Shown in pieces: positions 1 to 12,565 of a stretch of DNA of 64,000 nt. Numbering within the stretch: the stretch's first letter is position 1; every line of letters begins with the position of its first letter. A program made the translations under genes and the position numbers. The DNA comes from an uncultured Thermoleophilia bacterium (lineage in GTDB: Bacteria > Actinomycetota > Thermoleophilia > UBA2241): assembly GCA_963832655.1 (NCBI GenBank), contig CAWHUW010000005.1, positions 257,156 to 321,155 of the forward strand. Reading direction: 5' to 3'. The notes under the pieces were generated by a model. The model saw only the letters and a list, made by a program, of their open reading frames with translations. It was not told the DNA's origin and did no database searches.

Positions 1-2823
<2,823 letters not shown>

Positions 2824-2934
2824 CCCGGCGTCAGGCCGGCGGCGCCGGGTGCGCTGTCGAGCCGGCGGCCTTCGCCGAGGCGGTCGGCGCAACGCCGGCG
2901 GTGCCGCCACCGGAGCGCTGCCGCCCTCCTCCGC

Positions 2935-3888
2935 CACCCTCACCCCATCCGCGCTCACCGCGCGCAGCGACTCGACCTCGATGAAGATGCGGTTCACCTC
3001 GGGGTGATCGGCCGTGATGCGCTCCTCGATGCGGTGGATCGCGGCGTGGATCTCCTCGGCGCCCGTCCCCGGCGCGAACTCGACCTCGAGGTTGAGCAGG
3101 ACCTCCTCGGGGCCGAGGTGCATGGTGAGCACGGCGCCGACCCCGGTGACGACCGGGTCGTCACCGGCGAAGCGGCGCACGTCGTCGACAAGGTGCGGGT
3201 CGGCGCTCTCGCCGACGAGCAGGCCCTTGCTCTCCCAGGCGAGCCAGACGGCGACGACGCAGAGGATGCTGCCGATGACGATCGAGGCCGCGCCGTCGAT
3301 GTAGGGGTTCTCGAGCTCGTGGGCGAGGAAGATGCCGACGAAGGCGACGACCAGGCCGGCCAGCGCCGCCGAGTCCTCGAAGAGCACCGTGAAGAGGCTC
3401 GGGTCCTTGCCATGGTGGATGGCGCTGAGCGCGCGCCGGTCGCCCTTCATCGTCCTGAACGCCCGGTAGGCGACCGTGAACGAGATGCTCTCGAAGATCA
3501 TCGCCAGACCAAGGACGATGTAGTTGATGGTCGGGTTCGTCAGCTCGCTGGGGTGCTGGATGTGCAGGATGCCCTCGTAGATGGACATGCCGCCGCCGAT
3601 GCCGAAGATGCTGATCGCGACGATCAGGCTCCAGAAGTAGAGCTCCTTGCCGTAGCCGAACGGGTGCGTGGCGCTGGGCGGCCGCGAGCTGCGCTTGATG
3701 CCGAGGAAGAGCAGGGCGCCGTTGCCGGTGTCGACGAGGGAGTGGATGCCCTCGGAGAGCATGGCCGAGCTGCCGGTGATGGTGCCGGCGACGAACTTGA
3801 TGACGGCGATCGCGGCGTTGCCGATGATCGCCGCGATGACGGCCTTCTTCGACTCCTGATGTGCCATGGCGCAAGCGTACCGTGCCAT
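2935..3888 (-). CDS. Cation diffusion facilitator (CDF) family divalent-metal efflux transporter. The 3' end is uncertain because there is no in-frame stop before the homopolymer block.
   Basis: N-terminal ~315 aa of ORF 1180..3888(-) shows the CDF TM and cytoplasmic domain pattern (SEGIHSLVDTGNG, HPFGYGKELYFWS, HLGPEEVLLNLEVEF). Confidence 0.7.
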
Positions 3889-3973
3889 AGGGGCGGCGTC
3901 ACGGGGCGGGCGGGGGCGCGAGAGCGCCCGCCCCGCCCAGAGCCGAGCCGCCCTCTGCTACGCTACGGGCACG

Positions 3974-4708
3974 ATGCTGCGCGCCGTCACTCTCGACTTC
4001 TGGAACACCCTCTTCGTCGACCATCGCGGGCGCGAGCGCGAGCATCGGCGCGCGGCCTGGCTGCGCGCCGAGCTCGACGCGCTCGGCGCGCATCCCACTG
4101 ATGGCGCGATCGCCGACGCGCTGCGCGCCGGCTTCGACTACTTCGACCTCATCTGGCACGACGAGCAGCGCACGCCGCCGGCGAGCGAGACGACGGAGGC
4201 GACGCTCGCGGCGCTCGGCGTCCGCCTCCCCGAAGACCGCTTCGCGCGCACCGTCGAGCACTTCGAGCAGCTCATCCTCGAAGTGCCACCCGAGCCCGTC
4301 GCCGGGGCGGTCGGCGCGCTGACGACGCTGGCCGAGCGTTACAGGCTGGCCGTCGTGTGCGACACCGGCTACTCGCCGGGAAGCGTGCTCACCAAGCTCC
4401 TCTCCCGCCACGGGATGCTCGAGCCGTTCAGCTACCTCTTCTTCTCCGACGAGCACGGCATGTGCAAGCCTGACGTTCGCGTGTTCAAGCACACGCTGGC
4501 GCAGCTCGGCGTGCGCGCCGGCGAGGCGGCGCACGTCGGCGACATGCAGCGCACCGACATCGCCGGCGCCCAGGCCGCCGGCATGATGGCCGTCCACTTC
4601 GTCGGCGCCAACAACCGCGACTCCGGGCGCTCCACGGCCGACCTCGTCGTGCGCCACTTCGACGAGCTGCCCGCGGCCCTCGGCGGCCTCATCTGCGCCG
4701 GCTGCTGA
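3974..4708 (+). CDS. HAD-superfamily hydrolase (haloacid dehalogenase-like).
   Basis: MLRAVTLDFWNTLF (DxD-like motif I region), an FSDEHGMCKPD motif, and a C-terminal GDMQRTDIAGAQAAGMMAV motif IV. ATG at 3974. Confidence 0.65.
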   Translation: MLRAVTLDFWNTLFVDHRGREREHRRAAWLRAELDALGAHPTDGAIADALRAGFDYFDLIWHDEQRTPPASETTEATLAALGVRLPEDRFARTVEHFEQLILEVPPEPVAGAVGALTTLAERYRLAVVCDTGYSPGSVLTKLLSRHGMLEPFSYLFFSDEHGMCKPDVRVFKHTLAQLGVRAGEAAHVGDMQRTDIAGAQAAGMMAVHFVGANNRDSGRSTADLVVRHFDELPAALGGLICAGC

Positions 4709-5927
4709 TGGAGGCGCACAGCGCCCGGACGCCCGTGAGCCGGCGCGTCCTGCTCGTCGGTGCCAGCGCGGCGGCGCTCGTCTTCGTCGTCGCCGCCGCA
4801 CTCGCGCTCCATTCGCCGCGCTCATTGGACGAGCGCATCCTCACCTGGGTCGACGGCCACCGTACCGCCGGCCTGACCAGCGTCTCCCAGCTCCTCGCCG
4901 TCCTCGGCTCCTGGGTCGTGATCGCGCCGCTGACGATCCTCGTCGTCGCCCTCCTGCTGCGTTCCGGTCGTCGCTGGGCCGCGCTGCTCGTGGCGCTCTG
5001 CGTCATCGCCGAAGCCCTCATCGACCCGGCGCTGAAGTCCCTCTTCGGGCTCCCTCGTCCCGAGGCCGACCTTGCGGTGAAGCAGTTCTCCGGCCACGGG
5101 TTCCCGAGCGGCCACGCCATGGCGGCGGCAAGCCTCTCCCTGGCACTGGCCATGGTCGCCTGGCCGACGCGGTGGCGACGGCTCGCCCTCGCGGGCGCGA
5201 TCGCGTGGACCCTGCTCATCGGTCTTTCACGCGTCTACCTCGGCGCCCACTGGCCCTCCGACGTCGTCGGAGGATGGGCGGCGGGTGTTGCTCTGGCCCT
5301 CGGGATCGGCGCGATTCTGGCTGTCGCGCTGCAGAGAGAGACGCCGCCCTCCGCGGCGTACCCCCAGGCGCGGGATGCAGGGACGGTGGCCTCGGACGCT
5401 GCTGCCTCCGTCCGCGTCGTCCTCTTCGACTGGGGCAACACGCTGATGGTCGACGACGGGCGGCCGGGATCGATGGCGGAGTGGCCGCGGGTCGCCGCCG
5501 TGCCCGGCGCCGCCGAGGCGCTGGCGGCGCTGCACGGCCGCTATCGCCTCTGCGTGGCGACGAACGCCGACGATTCAGGCGCCGCAGAGGTGATGGCGGC
5601 GCTGGGCCGGGTGGGGCTGGCGCGCTTCATCGACCGCGTCTTCTCGTCGCGCGACCTCGGAGCGCGCAAGCCGGACCCGGCCTTCTACGCCGCCGTGCTC
5701 GAGGCCCTGCGCGCCGACGCGGCCGCGAACGGCGAGCCGCCGCTGGCGCCGACCACGTCGTCATGGTCGGCGACAACTTCGAGAACGACGTGGTGGGCGC
5801 GTGGTCAGCTGGCCTGGAAGCGGTCTGGTTCAATCCGGATCGCACCTCTCTGCCCGGGAAGCGGTCGGCCTCAGACGCCGAGATCCACGCGCTCGCGGAT
5901 CTGCCCTCGGTCCTGTTGCGCGGCTAG
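4708..5927 (+). CDS. PAP2 (phosphatidic-acid-phosphatase type 2) membrane phosphatase fused to a C-terminal HAD hydrolase domain. There is a frameshift near ~5745.
   Basis: PAP2 motifs KSLFGLPRP, PSGH, SRVYLGAHWPSD, then the HAD motifs VVLFDWGNTLM and KPDPAFY. The tail DHVVMVGDNFENDVVGAWSAGLEAVW continues in another frame (ORF 5172..5927). The ATG at 4708 overlaps the upstream stop. Confidence 0.6.
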
Positions 5928-5983
5928 GCCGGATCGGTGGCCGCGGCGTAGGCTGGTTCGGCGAGCCCTGGCGACGCGCCGGT

Positions 5984-7528
5984 TCAGCCGGCGAGCCCAG
6001 CGGCTTGCTCGAGCCGCGCGACGGCCTCGTCGCGGCCGAGCGCCCAGAGGCTCTCGAAGAGGCCCGGCGTGACGGCTTGGCCGCTCATACCGAGGCGCAG
6101 CGCGGCGAACACCGCCTTGGGCTTGACCTCGAGCAGCGCCGGCAGGTCGCGCACCAGCGCCTCGATCGTCTCTACGGACCATGGCTCGACAGCGCGCAGG
6201 TCGGCGGCGGCGCGCGCAAGCGTTGCCGCCGCCCCGGGCGTGCCGGCGAGCCGCTCCCGCGCCTCGTCGGTGAAGGCGAGCGGGCGGAAGAAGAAGCCGG
6301 CCATCGGGATGAAGTCGGCGAGCACGTCGATCTTCTCGCGCACCAGCGGAGCGACCGCCTTCGTCAGCTTCGCCTGCTCGGCCGTCGGCGCTGTCGCCGA
6401 CTGGTGCGCCGTCTCGGCGTTCTCAACGGCGGCGGCCAGGGCCTGCGGCCCCTCCGCCGCCACCTTCTCGACCGCCGCCGGCTCGCCGTAGAAGCCGACC
6501 CGCGTCAGGTAGGCGACGAGCCGCTCGCCGAGCTGCTCGTCGCTCATCTGCCGGATGAACTGCCCGTTCATCCAGCGCAGCTTGTCGGGGTCGAAGATCG
6601 ACGGGCTCGGGCTGAGCTTCTCGACATCGAAGTCGCGCGTCAGGTCCTCGAGCGTCCAGGTGATCATGCTCTCGTCGAACTCGGTGCTCAGGAAGCAGAG
6701 GTAGTTGCGCACGACCTCGACGAGCAGGCCTTGCGCCGTGAGCTGCTCGAGCTTGGTGGCGCCGTGCCGCTTGCTGAGCTTCTTGCGGTCGGTGCCGAAG
6801 AGCAGCGGCATGTGGAGGAACTTGGGCACCGGCGCGCCGAGCGCCTCGTAGATGACGATCTGCTTGGGCGTGTTGCTGAGGTGGTCGTCGCCGCGGATCA
6901 CGTGCGTGACGTCCATGGTGACATCGTCGACCACGACGGCGAGGTTGTAGACGACGGTGCCGTCCGAGCGCTGGACGATGAAGTCGCCGATGAGGTCGTT
7001 CTCGACTTCGACCGGCTCGCGGATGAGGTCCTCGAAGACCGTCTTGCCGGGAGGGACCTTGAAGCGCAGGGTCCACGGCTCCCCTGCCGCCCTGCGACGC
7101 TCGACTTCGTCGGCGCCGAGCCCGCGGCACTTCCCCGAGTACACCCAGTTCCGCTTCTCGGCCTGCGCCTTCTGGCGCTCGGCCTCGAGCTCCTCGGCGC
7201 TGCAGAAGCACGGGTACAGGTGCCTACTGGCGAGCAGCTTGTCGACGTACTCGCGGTAGATGGCGGTGCGCTCGGTCTGGCGGTAGGGCCCGTGGGGCCC
7301 CGGCACGCCCGGCCCCTCGTCCCAGTCGAGCCCCATCTCCTTGAGCGACGAGATGATCTGCGCGATCGCCTCGTCGGTGCTGCGTGAGGGGTCGGTGTCT
7401 TCGATGCGCAGGATCAGCGTGCCGCCGTGCTGCCGCGCGTAGATGTAGTTGTAGAGACCCGTGCGCGCGCTGCCGAGGTGCAGGTAGCCGGTCGGCGAGG
7501 GAGCGAAGCGAAGGATCGGGTGAGTCAT
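5984..7528 (-). CDS. gltX: Glutamyl-tRNA synthetase.
   Basis: RFAPSPTGYLHLGSARTGLYNY (HIGH region) and KLSKRHG (KMSKS), 515 aa, intact. The cat start codon is at 7526-7528. Confidence 0.9.
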   Translation of the reverse strand: MTHPILRFAPSPTGYLHLGSARTGLYNYIYARQHGGTLILRIEDTDPSRSTDEAIAQIISSLKEMGLDWDEGPGVPGPHGPYRQTERTAIYREYVDKLLASRHLYPCFCSAEELEAERQKAQAEKRNWVYSGKCRGLGADEVERRRAAGEPWTLRFKVPPGKTVFEDLIREPVEVENDLIGDFIVQRSDGTVVYNLAVVVDDVTMDVTHVIRGDDHLSNTPKQIVIYEALGAPVPKFLHMPLLFGTDRKKLSKRHGATKLEQLTAQGLLVEVVRNYLCFLSTEFDESMITWTLEDLTRDFDVEKLSPSPSIFDPDKLRWMNGQFIRQMSDEQLGERLVAYLTRVGFYGEPAAVEKVAAEGPQALAAAVENAETAHQSATAPTAEQAKLTKAVAPLVREKIDVLADFIPMAGFFFRPLAFTDEARERLAGTPGAAATLARAAADLRAVEPWSVETIEALVRDLPALLEVKPKAVFAALRLGMSGQAVTPGLFESLWALGRDEAVARLEQAAGLAG

Positions 7529-7731
7529 AGGTCGGTATGATACCCGCCCCGGCGCCAGGCCTCCGCGCGAGCTTCGCCAGACCCACTGTTGATGCCGGCC
7601 GCCTGCGAATCGCATAATGGGCTACATGCATCCACGGAGCCGTGCGGGAAGGAGGCGGCGACCAGCACGACGCTCCGCAGCCAAGGGGGAGCGGGCCTCC
7701 CGGCCCGGGAACGGCTACAAAGGAGCACGGG

Positions 7732-9133
7732 GTGAGATCTCGCATCGTCGCCGTCGCCGTCATCGCGCTGCTGATAGCGCTGGCCCTGGTCCAGGGGACC
7801 GCGGCGGCCTGCACCACCATCATCGTCGGCAAGGACCTGACCGCCGACGGGTCAGTCCTCATCTCGCACAACGAAGAAGACAGCGGCACTGTCGTGATGC
7901 ACTACGTCGTGGCGCCGGCCGGGCCGGGCAGTGACTACGAGCTGTACTCAGGGGGCGCAGTCGCTGAGCCCGCGCGCACCGTCGCCTACATGGGCTCGAG
8001 CGTCTGGGACAAGGGCTACATCCCCGGCGACTTCATCGGCGGGGTGAACAGCCATCAGGTCGCGATCTACAACAACATGACCTACAGCCGCGAGTACCCC
8101 GAGGATCCCTGGGAAGTCCATCCCGGGGGCGTCATCTGGACGGAGTTCAACCTTCTGGCTTCGCTGCAGGCCAAGACGGCGCGCCAGGCCGTGAAGATCA
8201 TGGGGAACCTGTCCGAGACCCTCGGGCTGAGCTCCGACCCCGGTACCTCGTTCGGCATCGCCGATGCCAAGGAGGGCTGGTGGATCGACATCGCCCGCGG
8301 TGGTCAGTGGGTCGCCCAGCGCGTGCCCGACGACGAGGCGCAGGTGATCGCCAACTGCTTCCGCATCGGCGAGGTGGACTTCGGCAACAAGCACGACTTC
8401 ATGTGGTCGTCGGACATCATCGGCTACGCGGTGGAGAAGGGCTGGTACGACCCCACGAGCGGCGCGCCGTTCAACTTCGCCGAGGTGTACGGCGAGGCCG
8501 AGAGTCTCGTGGACCCGTACAACACCGTGCGCCACGAGATGGTCCAGCAGCGTCTCGACTCGCTCGACGAGATCGGCGCCGGGGACCTCATGGACATCAT
8601 GAGCTGGCACTTCGAGGGCACCGAATATGACCTGAGCAACGGCTACGCCTCGTCGCCCCACACCATGCCCGGGGTGCGCAGCATCTGCCGGACCAACACG
8701 CAGGTGAGCGAGGTCACGCAGCTGCGCGGCTGGCTGCCAGCGCCCATCGGCGCGGTCGTCTGGACGAGCATGCGCACGCCGTGCAGCGGCGCCTACGTGC
8801 CCTGGTACATGGGCATCACCGACGTCCCGGAGCCGTACAAGACCGGGACGGACGAGATCAAGCGAGGGATCCGCCTGGTGGGCCTTCCGCGACCTCGACG
8901 CGTACGTGAACAGCCACTACAAGGACACGATCCCGACCGTCCGCGGCACGTGGCAGCCGTTCCAGGCGCAGATGCTCGCCGATCAGGCGGCCTTCGAGCG
9001 CGCGGTCCTCAAGCTCTACAAGAAGGACTCGAGAGCGGCGAAGGCGATGCTGACGGCATACTCGGGGGAGCTCGGGATGCAGGCCTACGAGACGGCCGGT
9101 TCCCTGCTCGAGCAACTGACCGCCGAGGAGTGA
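7732..9133 (+). CDS. Peptidase C69 family dipeptidase, secreted. There is a frameshift near ~8865.
   Basis: Signal peptide followed by the AACTTIIVGK Cys nucleophile motif. A strong AAGGAG RBS lies 7 nt before GTG 7732. The C-terminal segment AWWAFRDLDAYVNSHYKD... continues in ORF 8906..9133. Confidence 0.7.
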
Positions 9134-9195
9134 GGAGCGGAGAGGACGGCGGCTCGCCCATGCGAGCCGCCGTCCTCTCCTGACGTACAGCGGCC

Positions 9196-9546
9196 ATGAA
9201 CCGACGACGGCAGGTCGTCAGAGAGCATCAGGCGTCGCGCGAGGACCCGATCGCGATGCGCGCCGGCGACCCGGTGACGGTCGGCCGGCGCGACACGACG
9301 TGGCCGGAGTACGTGTGGTGCAGCGGCCGAGACGGGCACGAGGGCTGGGTGCCGGAGGCGTTCCTCGAGGCGCGGACGGACGGCAACTGGCACGCGAGCC
9401 GCGACTACGATGCGCGAGAGCTGGACGTCGCCCCCGGCGACGTCGTCCTCGCGCGCGAGGAGGCCGGCGGCTGGTTTTGGTGCGAGACCGCCGGCGGCCG
9501 CCGCGGATGGGTCCCTGCCGAGTGCCTGACGGCATCCGACGAGTGA
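9196..9546 (+). CDS. Small protein with two bacterial SH3-like repeats.
   Basis: Two similar ~45-aa halves (GDPVTVGRRD...EGWVPEAFLE and GDVVLAREEAGGWFWCETAGGRRGWVPAECL). The stop is followed after 3 nt by the next gene. Confidence 0.45.
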   Translation: MNRRRQVVREHQASREDPIAMRAGDPVTVGRRDTTWPEYVWCSGRDGHEGWVPEAFLEARTDGNWHASRDYDARELDVAPGDVVLAREEAGGWFWCETAGGRRGWVPAECLTASDE

Positions 9547-9570
9547 CGGATGAGATGTGAAGGGGGAGCT

Positions 9571-10110
9571 GTGACGGACGACCTGACGAAGTGGTGCGAG
9601 CGAGCGGTCGAGCTGGGCGCTGACAAGGCGACGGTCATCGGCACCGACCAGGTGGTCGCCGCCGAGTGGGTGCGCCTCAAGTGCCTCTACGGCTGCGACG
9701 AGCCCGGCGTGTACAAGACGTGCCCGCCGAACGGGGCGCCGAGCGTCGAGCAGACCAAGCGCGTGCTGGGCGAGTTCAAGCGCGCCGTGCTGCTCGGCGT
9801 CGGACCGATCTTCGGAGAAGACAAGTCCGACGCCGAGTCGCGGCGCCTCAACGACGCCGCCCTCGCGCTCGAGGGCGAGCTCTTCCTCGCCGGCTTCCAC
9901 AAGGCGTGGACGATGGGCGCCGGACCCTGCGACATCTGCAGCGCCTGCGCGCAGGGCAAGGACTGCCCGACCCCGGAGAAGGCGCGACCCTCGATGGAGG
10001 GCTGCGGCGTCGACGTCTTCACCACGGTGCGCAACGCCGACTGGCAGATCGACGTCGTGCAGACGCCCGAGTCGGAGTACCGCTTCTTCGCTCTCGTGCT
10101 CGTCGACTGA
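9571..10110 (+). CDS. DUF2284-type predicted metal-binding protein (Cys-rich).
   Basis: Conserved Cys pattern LKCLYGCDEPGVYKTCPP ... CDICSACAQGKDCP. GAAGGGGGAG SD before GTG 9571. Confidence 0.55.
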   Translation: MTDDLTKWCERAVELGADKATVIGTDQVVAAEWVRLKCLYGCDEPGVYKTCPPNGAPSVEQTKRVLGEFKRAVLLGVGPIFGEDKSDAESRRLNDAALALEGELFLAGFHKAWTMGAGPCDICSACAQGKDCPTPEKARPSMEGCGVDVFTTVRNADWQIDVVQTPESEYRFFALVLVD

Positions 10111-10191
10111 CGCCGGCGCTCAGGGCGTCGGCGTCAGTCCGCTCGCGCCGCCGTGACCGTCAGCAGGAGGCCCCGGCAGCCGGACGCGCGA

Positions 10192-10668
10192 TCACGCCGC
10201 CTTGGCGACCGGCCGGGCGACCGACGCCTCGGCCAGCAGCTTCAGATTCTCCAGGCTGTCCTCGAAGTCGCGGCGCACGCGCTTCTCGACGACGAGGCGG
10301 TCGAACAGCTTGCCGAACACCCCGCCGCCCAACGTGTACTCGAAGTCCGTGGTCGCCTCCACGTCTCCCTCACGGGGCTCGTGATGACACGCCAGCGAGC
10401 CCGAGATACCGCCCGCGTACTCCCACCGCCAGTCAGTGCTTCCGTCGGGGTTGTGCCTCTCCTCGACCGTACGCATGATGAGGCGCTGCCGCCTGCCCAT
10501 CATCTCCAGCGTGAACTCCGCCTTGGTCCCCGGGCCGCCGTCGCCGAACGCGCGGTGTGGCCCGCTCATGCCGACCCAGTACTCGGTGGCGCGATGGGGA
10601 TCGCGCACGATGTCGTTCAAGGTATCGGGTGACGCCTTGATGTACGTGGTCTGCTTCAGATGTGCCAT
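10192..10668 (-). CDS. SRPBCC superfamily protein (polyketide cyclase / AHSA1-like fold).
   Basis: ORF 10192..10731(-); start at MAHLKQ with a GGAGGGAGGG SD. ~158 aa of beta/alpha SRPBCC-like sequence. Confidence 0.5.
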   Translation of the reverse strand: MAHLKQTTYIKASPDTLNDIVRDPHRATEYWVGMSGPHRAFGDGGPGTKAEFTLEMMGRRQRLIMRTVEERHNPDGSTDWRWEYAGGISGSLACHHEPREGDVEATTDFEYTLGGGVFGKLFDRLVVEKRVRRDFEDSLENLKLLAEASVARPVAKAA

Positions 10669-10963
10669 GGACACCCTCCCTCCTGGGCGCTCACGCGCGT
10701 CCGTCACGACGCCCGGGCCTCCTGCAGTCACAGACTACTCCCGGTCAACGGCAGATCACCGTTGAGGAGAGGAGGAGACGGGCCGCATCTTGCCGCCGTG
10801 GCCGCCCAAAGCCAGAGTCCTCTCTCCTGCGACGGGCGCCACGCACATCGCCGACCTTCAACACCGAGCCTGTGAGTCCGCCGCGTTCGTGGGCAAACGT
10901 CAACTTAGTGATGCATTGATGTTATGATGATTCGCGACCATACTGGCGCCCATGGAGTACCTC

Positions 10964-11323
10964 ATGCGGACCACGCTGACGATCGATTCGCGAGTCCTGG
11001 CCGAGTTCAAGACGCGCGCGGCCGAGACGCACCGCACGCTGAGCGGACTCATCGAGGATGCGCTGCGTGAGCACCTGAGCCGTGGCCGCGATCAGCTCGC
11101 TACCAAGCCGCTCGACTTCCCCATCGTCGGTGGCGACGGCGTCGCGCCGGGCGTGGACCTCACGAGCAACACGGCCCTGGCCGACCGCGTCGACAGGGCC
11201 GACGGCACGTACGAACGGTTCACGGCGCCCGCCGGTGACCCCGCCGACGGATCTTCAGGCGGCGCGAACGAAGCGGCGCCCGCCGCCGGGGCCCGCGACA
11301 CACCGCGCAAGCGCGCGCGCTGA
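10964..11323 (+). CDS. vapB: Ribbon-helix-helix antitoxin (VapB/CopG-like).
   Basis: MRTTLTIDSRVLAEFKTRAAETHRTLSGLIEDALREHL is a classic RHH antitoxin N-terminus. It is preceded by an AT-richer promoter-like region (ttgatg...tatgat). Confidence 0.6.
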   Translation: MRTTLTIDSRVLAEFKTRAAETHRTLSGLIEDALREHLSRGRDQLATKPLDFPIVGGDGVAPGVDLTSNTALADRVDRADGTYERFTAPAGDPADGSSGGANEAAPAAGARDTPRKRAR

Positions 11324-11332
11324 ACGTCCGCC

Positions 11333-11490
11333 GTGCTGCTCCCCGACCTGAACGTCCTCATCGCCGCGCATCGCTCCGACAGCCCGCTGCACGAGCCATG
11401 TCGCGACTGGCTGCGCGGCGTCTACGCGGGGAAGGAGCCGTTCGGGCTGTGCGCTCCCGTGCTCATCGGACTGGTAAGAATCCTCAGCGG
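11333..11490 (+). pseudogene. vapC: Truncated PIN-domain toxin (VapC), N-terminal ~50 aa only.
   Basis: The GTG at 11333 follows the vapB stop. LLPDLNVLIAAHRSDSPLHEPCRDWL...EPFGLCAPVLIGLVRI matches a PIN N-terminus and is then lost into unrelated sequence. Confidence 0.45.
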
Positions 11491-11632
11491 GTACCGCCTT
11501 GTTGGCCGCCTCGTACAACACCAGCCACCCGACGGCGACGATGACCGGGATCATGCCGACGATCAGGATCGCGAAGAAGACGCGAGCGCGCAGCGAGCGC
11601 AAGGAGTCGGGGATGTGTGGCTTCGACGTCAT
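11490..11632 (-). pseudogene. N-terminal fragment (first TM helix) of the sensor histidine kinase cognate to the upstream response regulator.
   Basis: The ATG at 11632 overlaps the response-regulator stop (ATGA). MTSKPHIPDSLRSLRARVFFAILIVGMIPVIVAVGWLVLY is a typical histidine-kinase N-terminal TM segment, after which the kinase is absent. Confidence 0.4.
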
Positions 11633-12290
11633 GACCGCACCGCCTTGTAGCCGATGCCGCGGACCGTCTCGATCGTCAGGGCGCCGCCGAGCTTGGCGCG
11701 CAGTTGCGCGACGTGCTGGTCCACCGTGCGCGTGCCGCCGGGGAACTCGAGGTCCCAGACAAGCTCGAGCAGGCGCTCGCGCGAGAGGACGACACCGGGG
11801 TGCCGGACGAAGCAGGCGAGCAGGTCGAACTCCTTGAGCGTGAGATCGACCGGCGCGCCTGCGATGGAAGCTTCGCGCGCTGTGAGATCGACCGCGACGT
11901 CGCCGAGGAAGAGCACCTCGCGGCGTGCTGCGCCTTCGGTGCGGCGCAACACCGCCTTGACCCGCGCGACGAGCTCGCGAGGGCTGAACGGCTTGGGCAC
12001 GTAGTCGTCGGCGCCGAGCTCGAGGCCGACGACCCGATCGGCCTCCTCGTCGCGCGCGGTCAGCATGATGACCGGGACGGCGAATCCGGCCGCACGCGTG
12101 CGCAGGACCTCGAAGCCGTCATGCCGGGCAGCCGACGTCGAGGAGGACCATGCGGACCGGGTGACGGGTCAGCTCGGCGAGCGCCTCTTCGCCGCTGCGC
12201 GCCCAGACGACGCACGTGACCGTCGCGCTCGAGGTAGGTGCGCACCAGCGCGCCGATGTTGTGCTCGTCCTCGACCAGCAGAACCGTGAC
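11629..12290 (-). CDS. OmpR-family two-component response regulator. It carries single-base indels in the receiver domain.
   Basis: VTVLLVEDEHNIGALVRTYLERDGH ... (three indels) ... IMLTARDEEADRVVGLELGADDYVPKPFSPRELVARVKAVLRR + winged helix ETVRGIGYKAV. Confidence 0.75.
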
Positions 12291-12565
12291 ACCCAAGCCT
12301 CGACCCCTCCTTGGCGCCGCCGCCATGCTACGCCACGGCGGCGCTCGGCGAACGAGCCGGGCGCCGAGCCCGCTCAGCGCCGACCGCGATCTTCCGCCCA
12401 CGGTTCCCGGACCCTCGCCCATCTGCGCATGGCGCGGCGCGCCCGTCGAGCTCGCGTCGCACAGTGGCGGCGCGATGTCAGCCCTGTCTGTGGCGATCTC
12501 GTTCCGCGAGCCGACCCCCGTCCGTTTTTGCCGCTCACCGCCGCTTCTGGTACCGTACCGTCCCT

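Noticed and set aside
9544-9546. Possible second selenocysteine UGA joining the SH3-like and DUF2284 ORFs (same frame, TGA between them).
   Set aside because: The TGA is followed 3 nt later by ATG, and a strong RBS plus GTG start lie just downstream. The two parts are unrelated domains and there is no hairpin. It is ordinary translational coupling.
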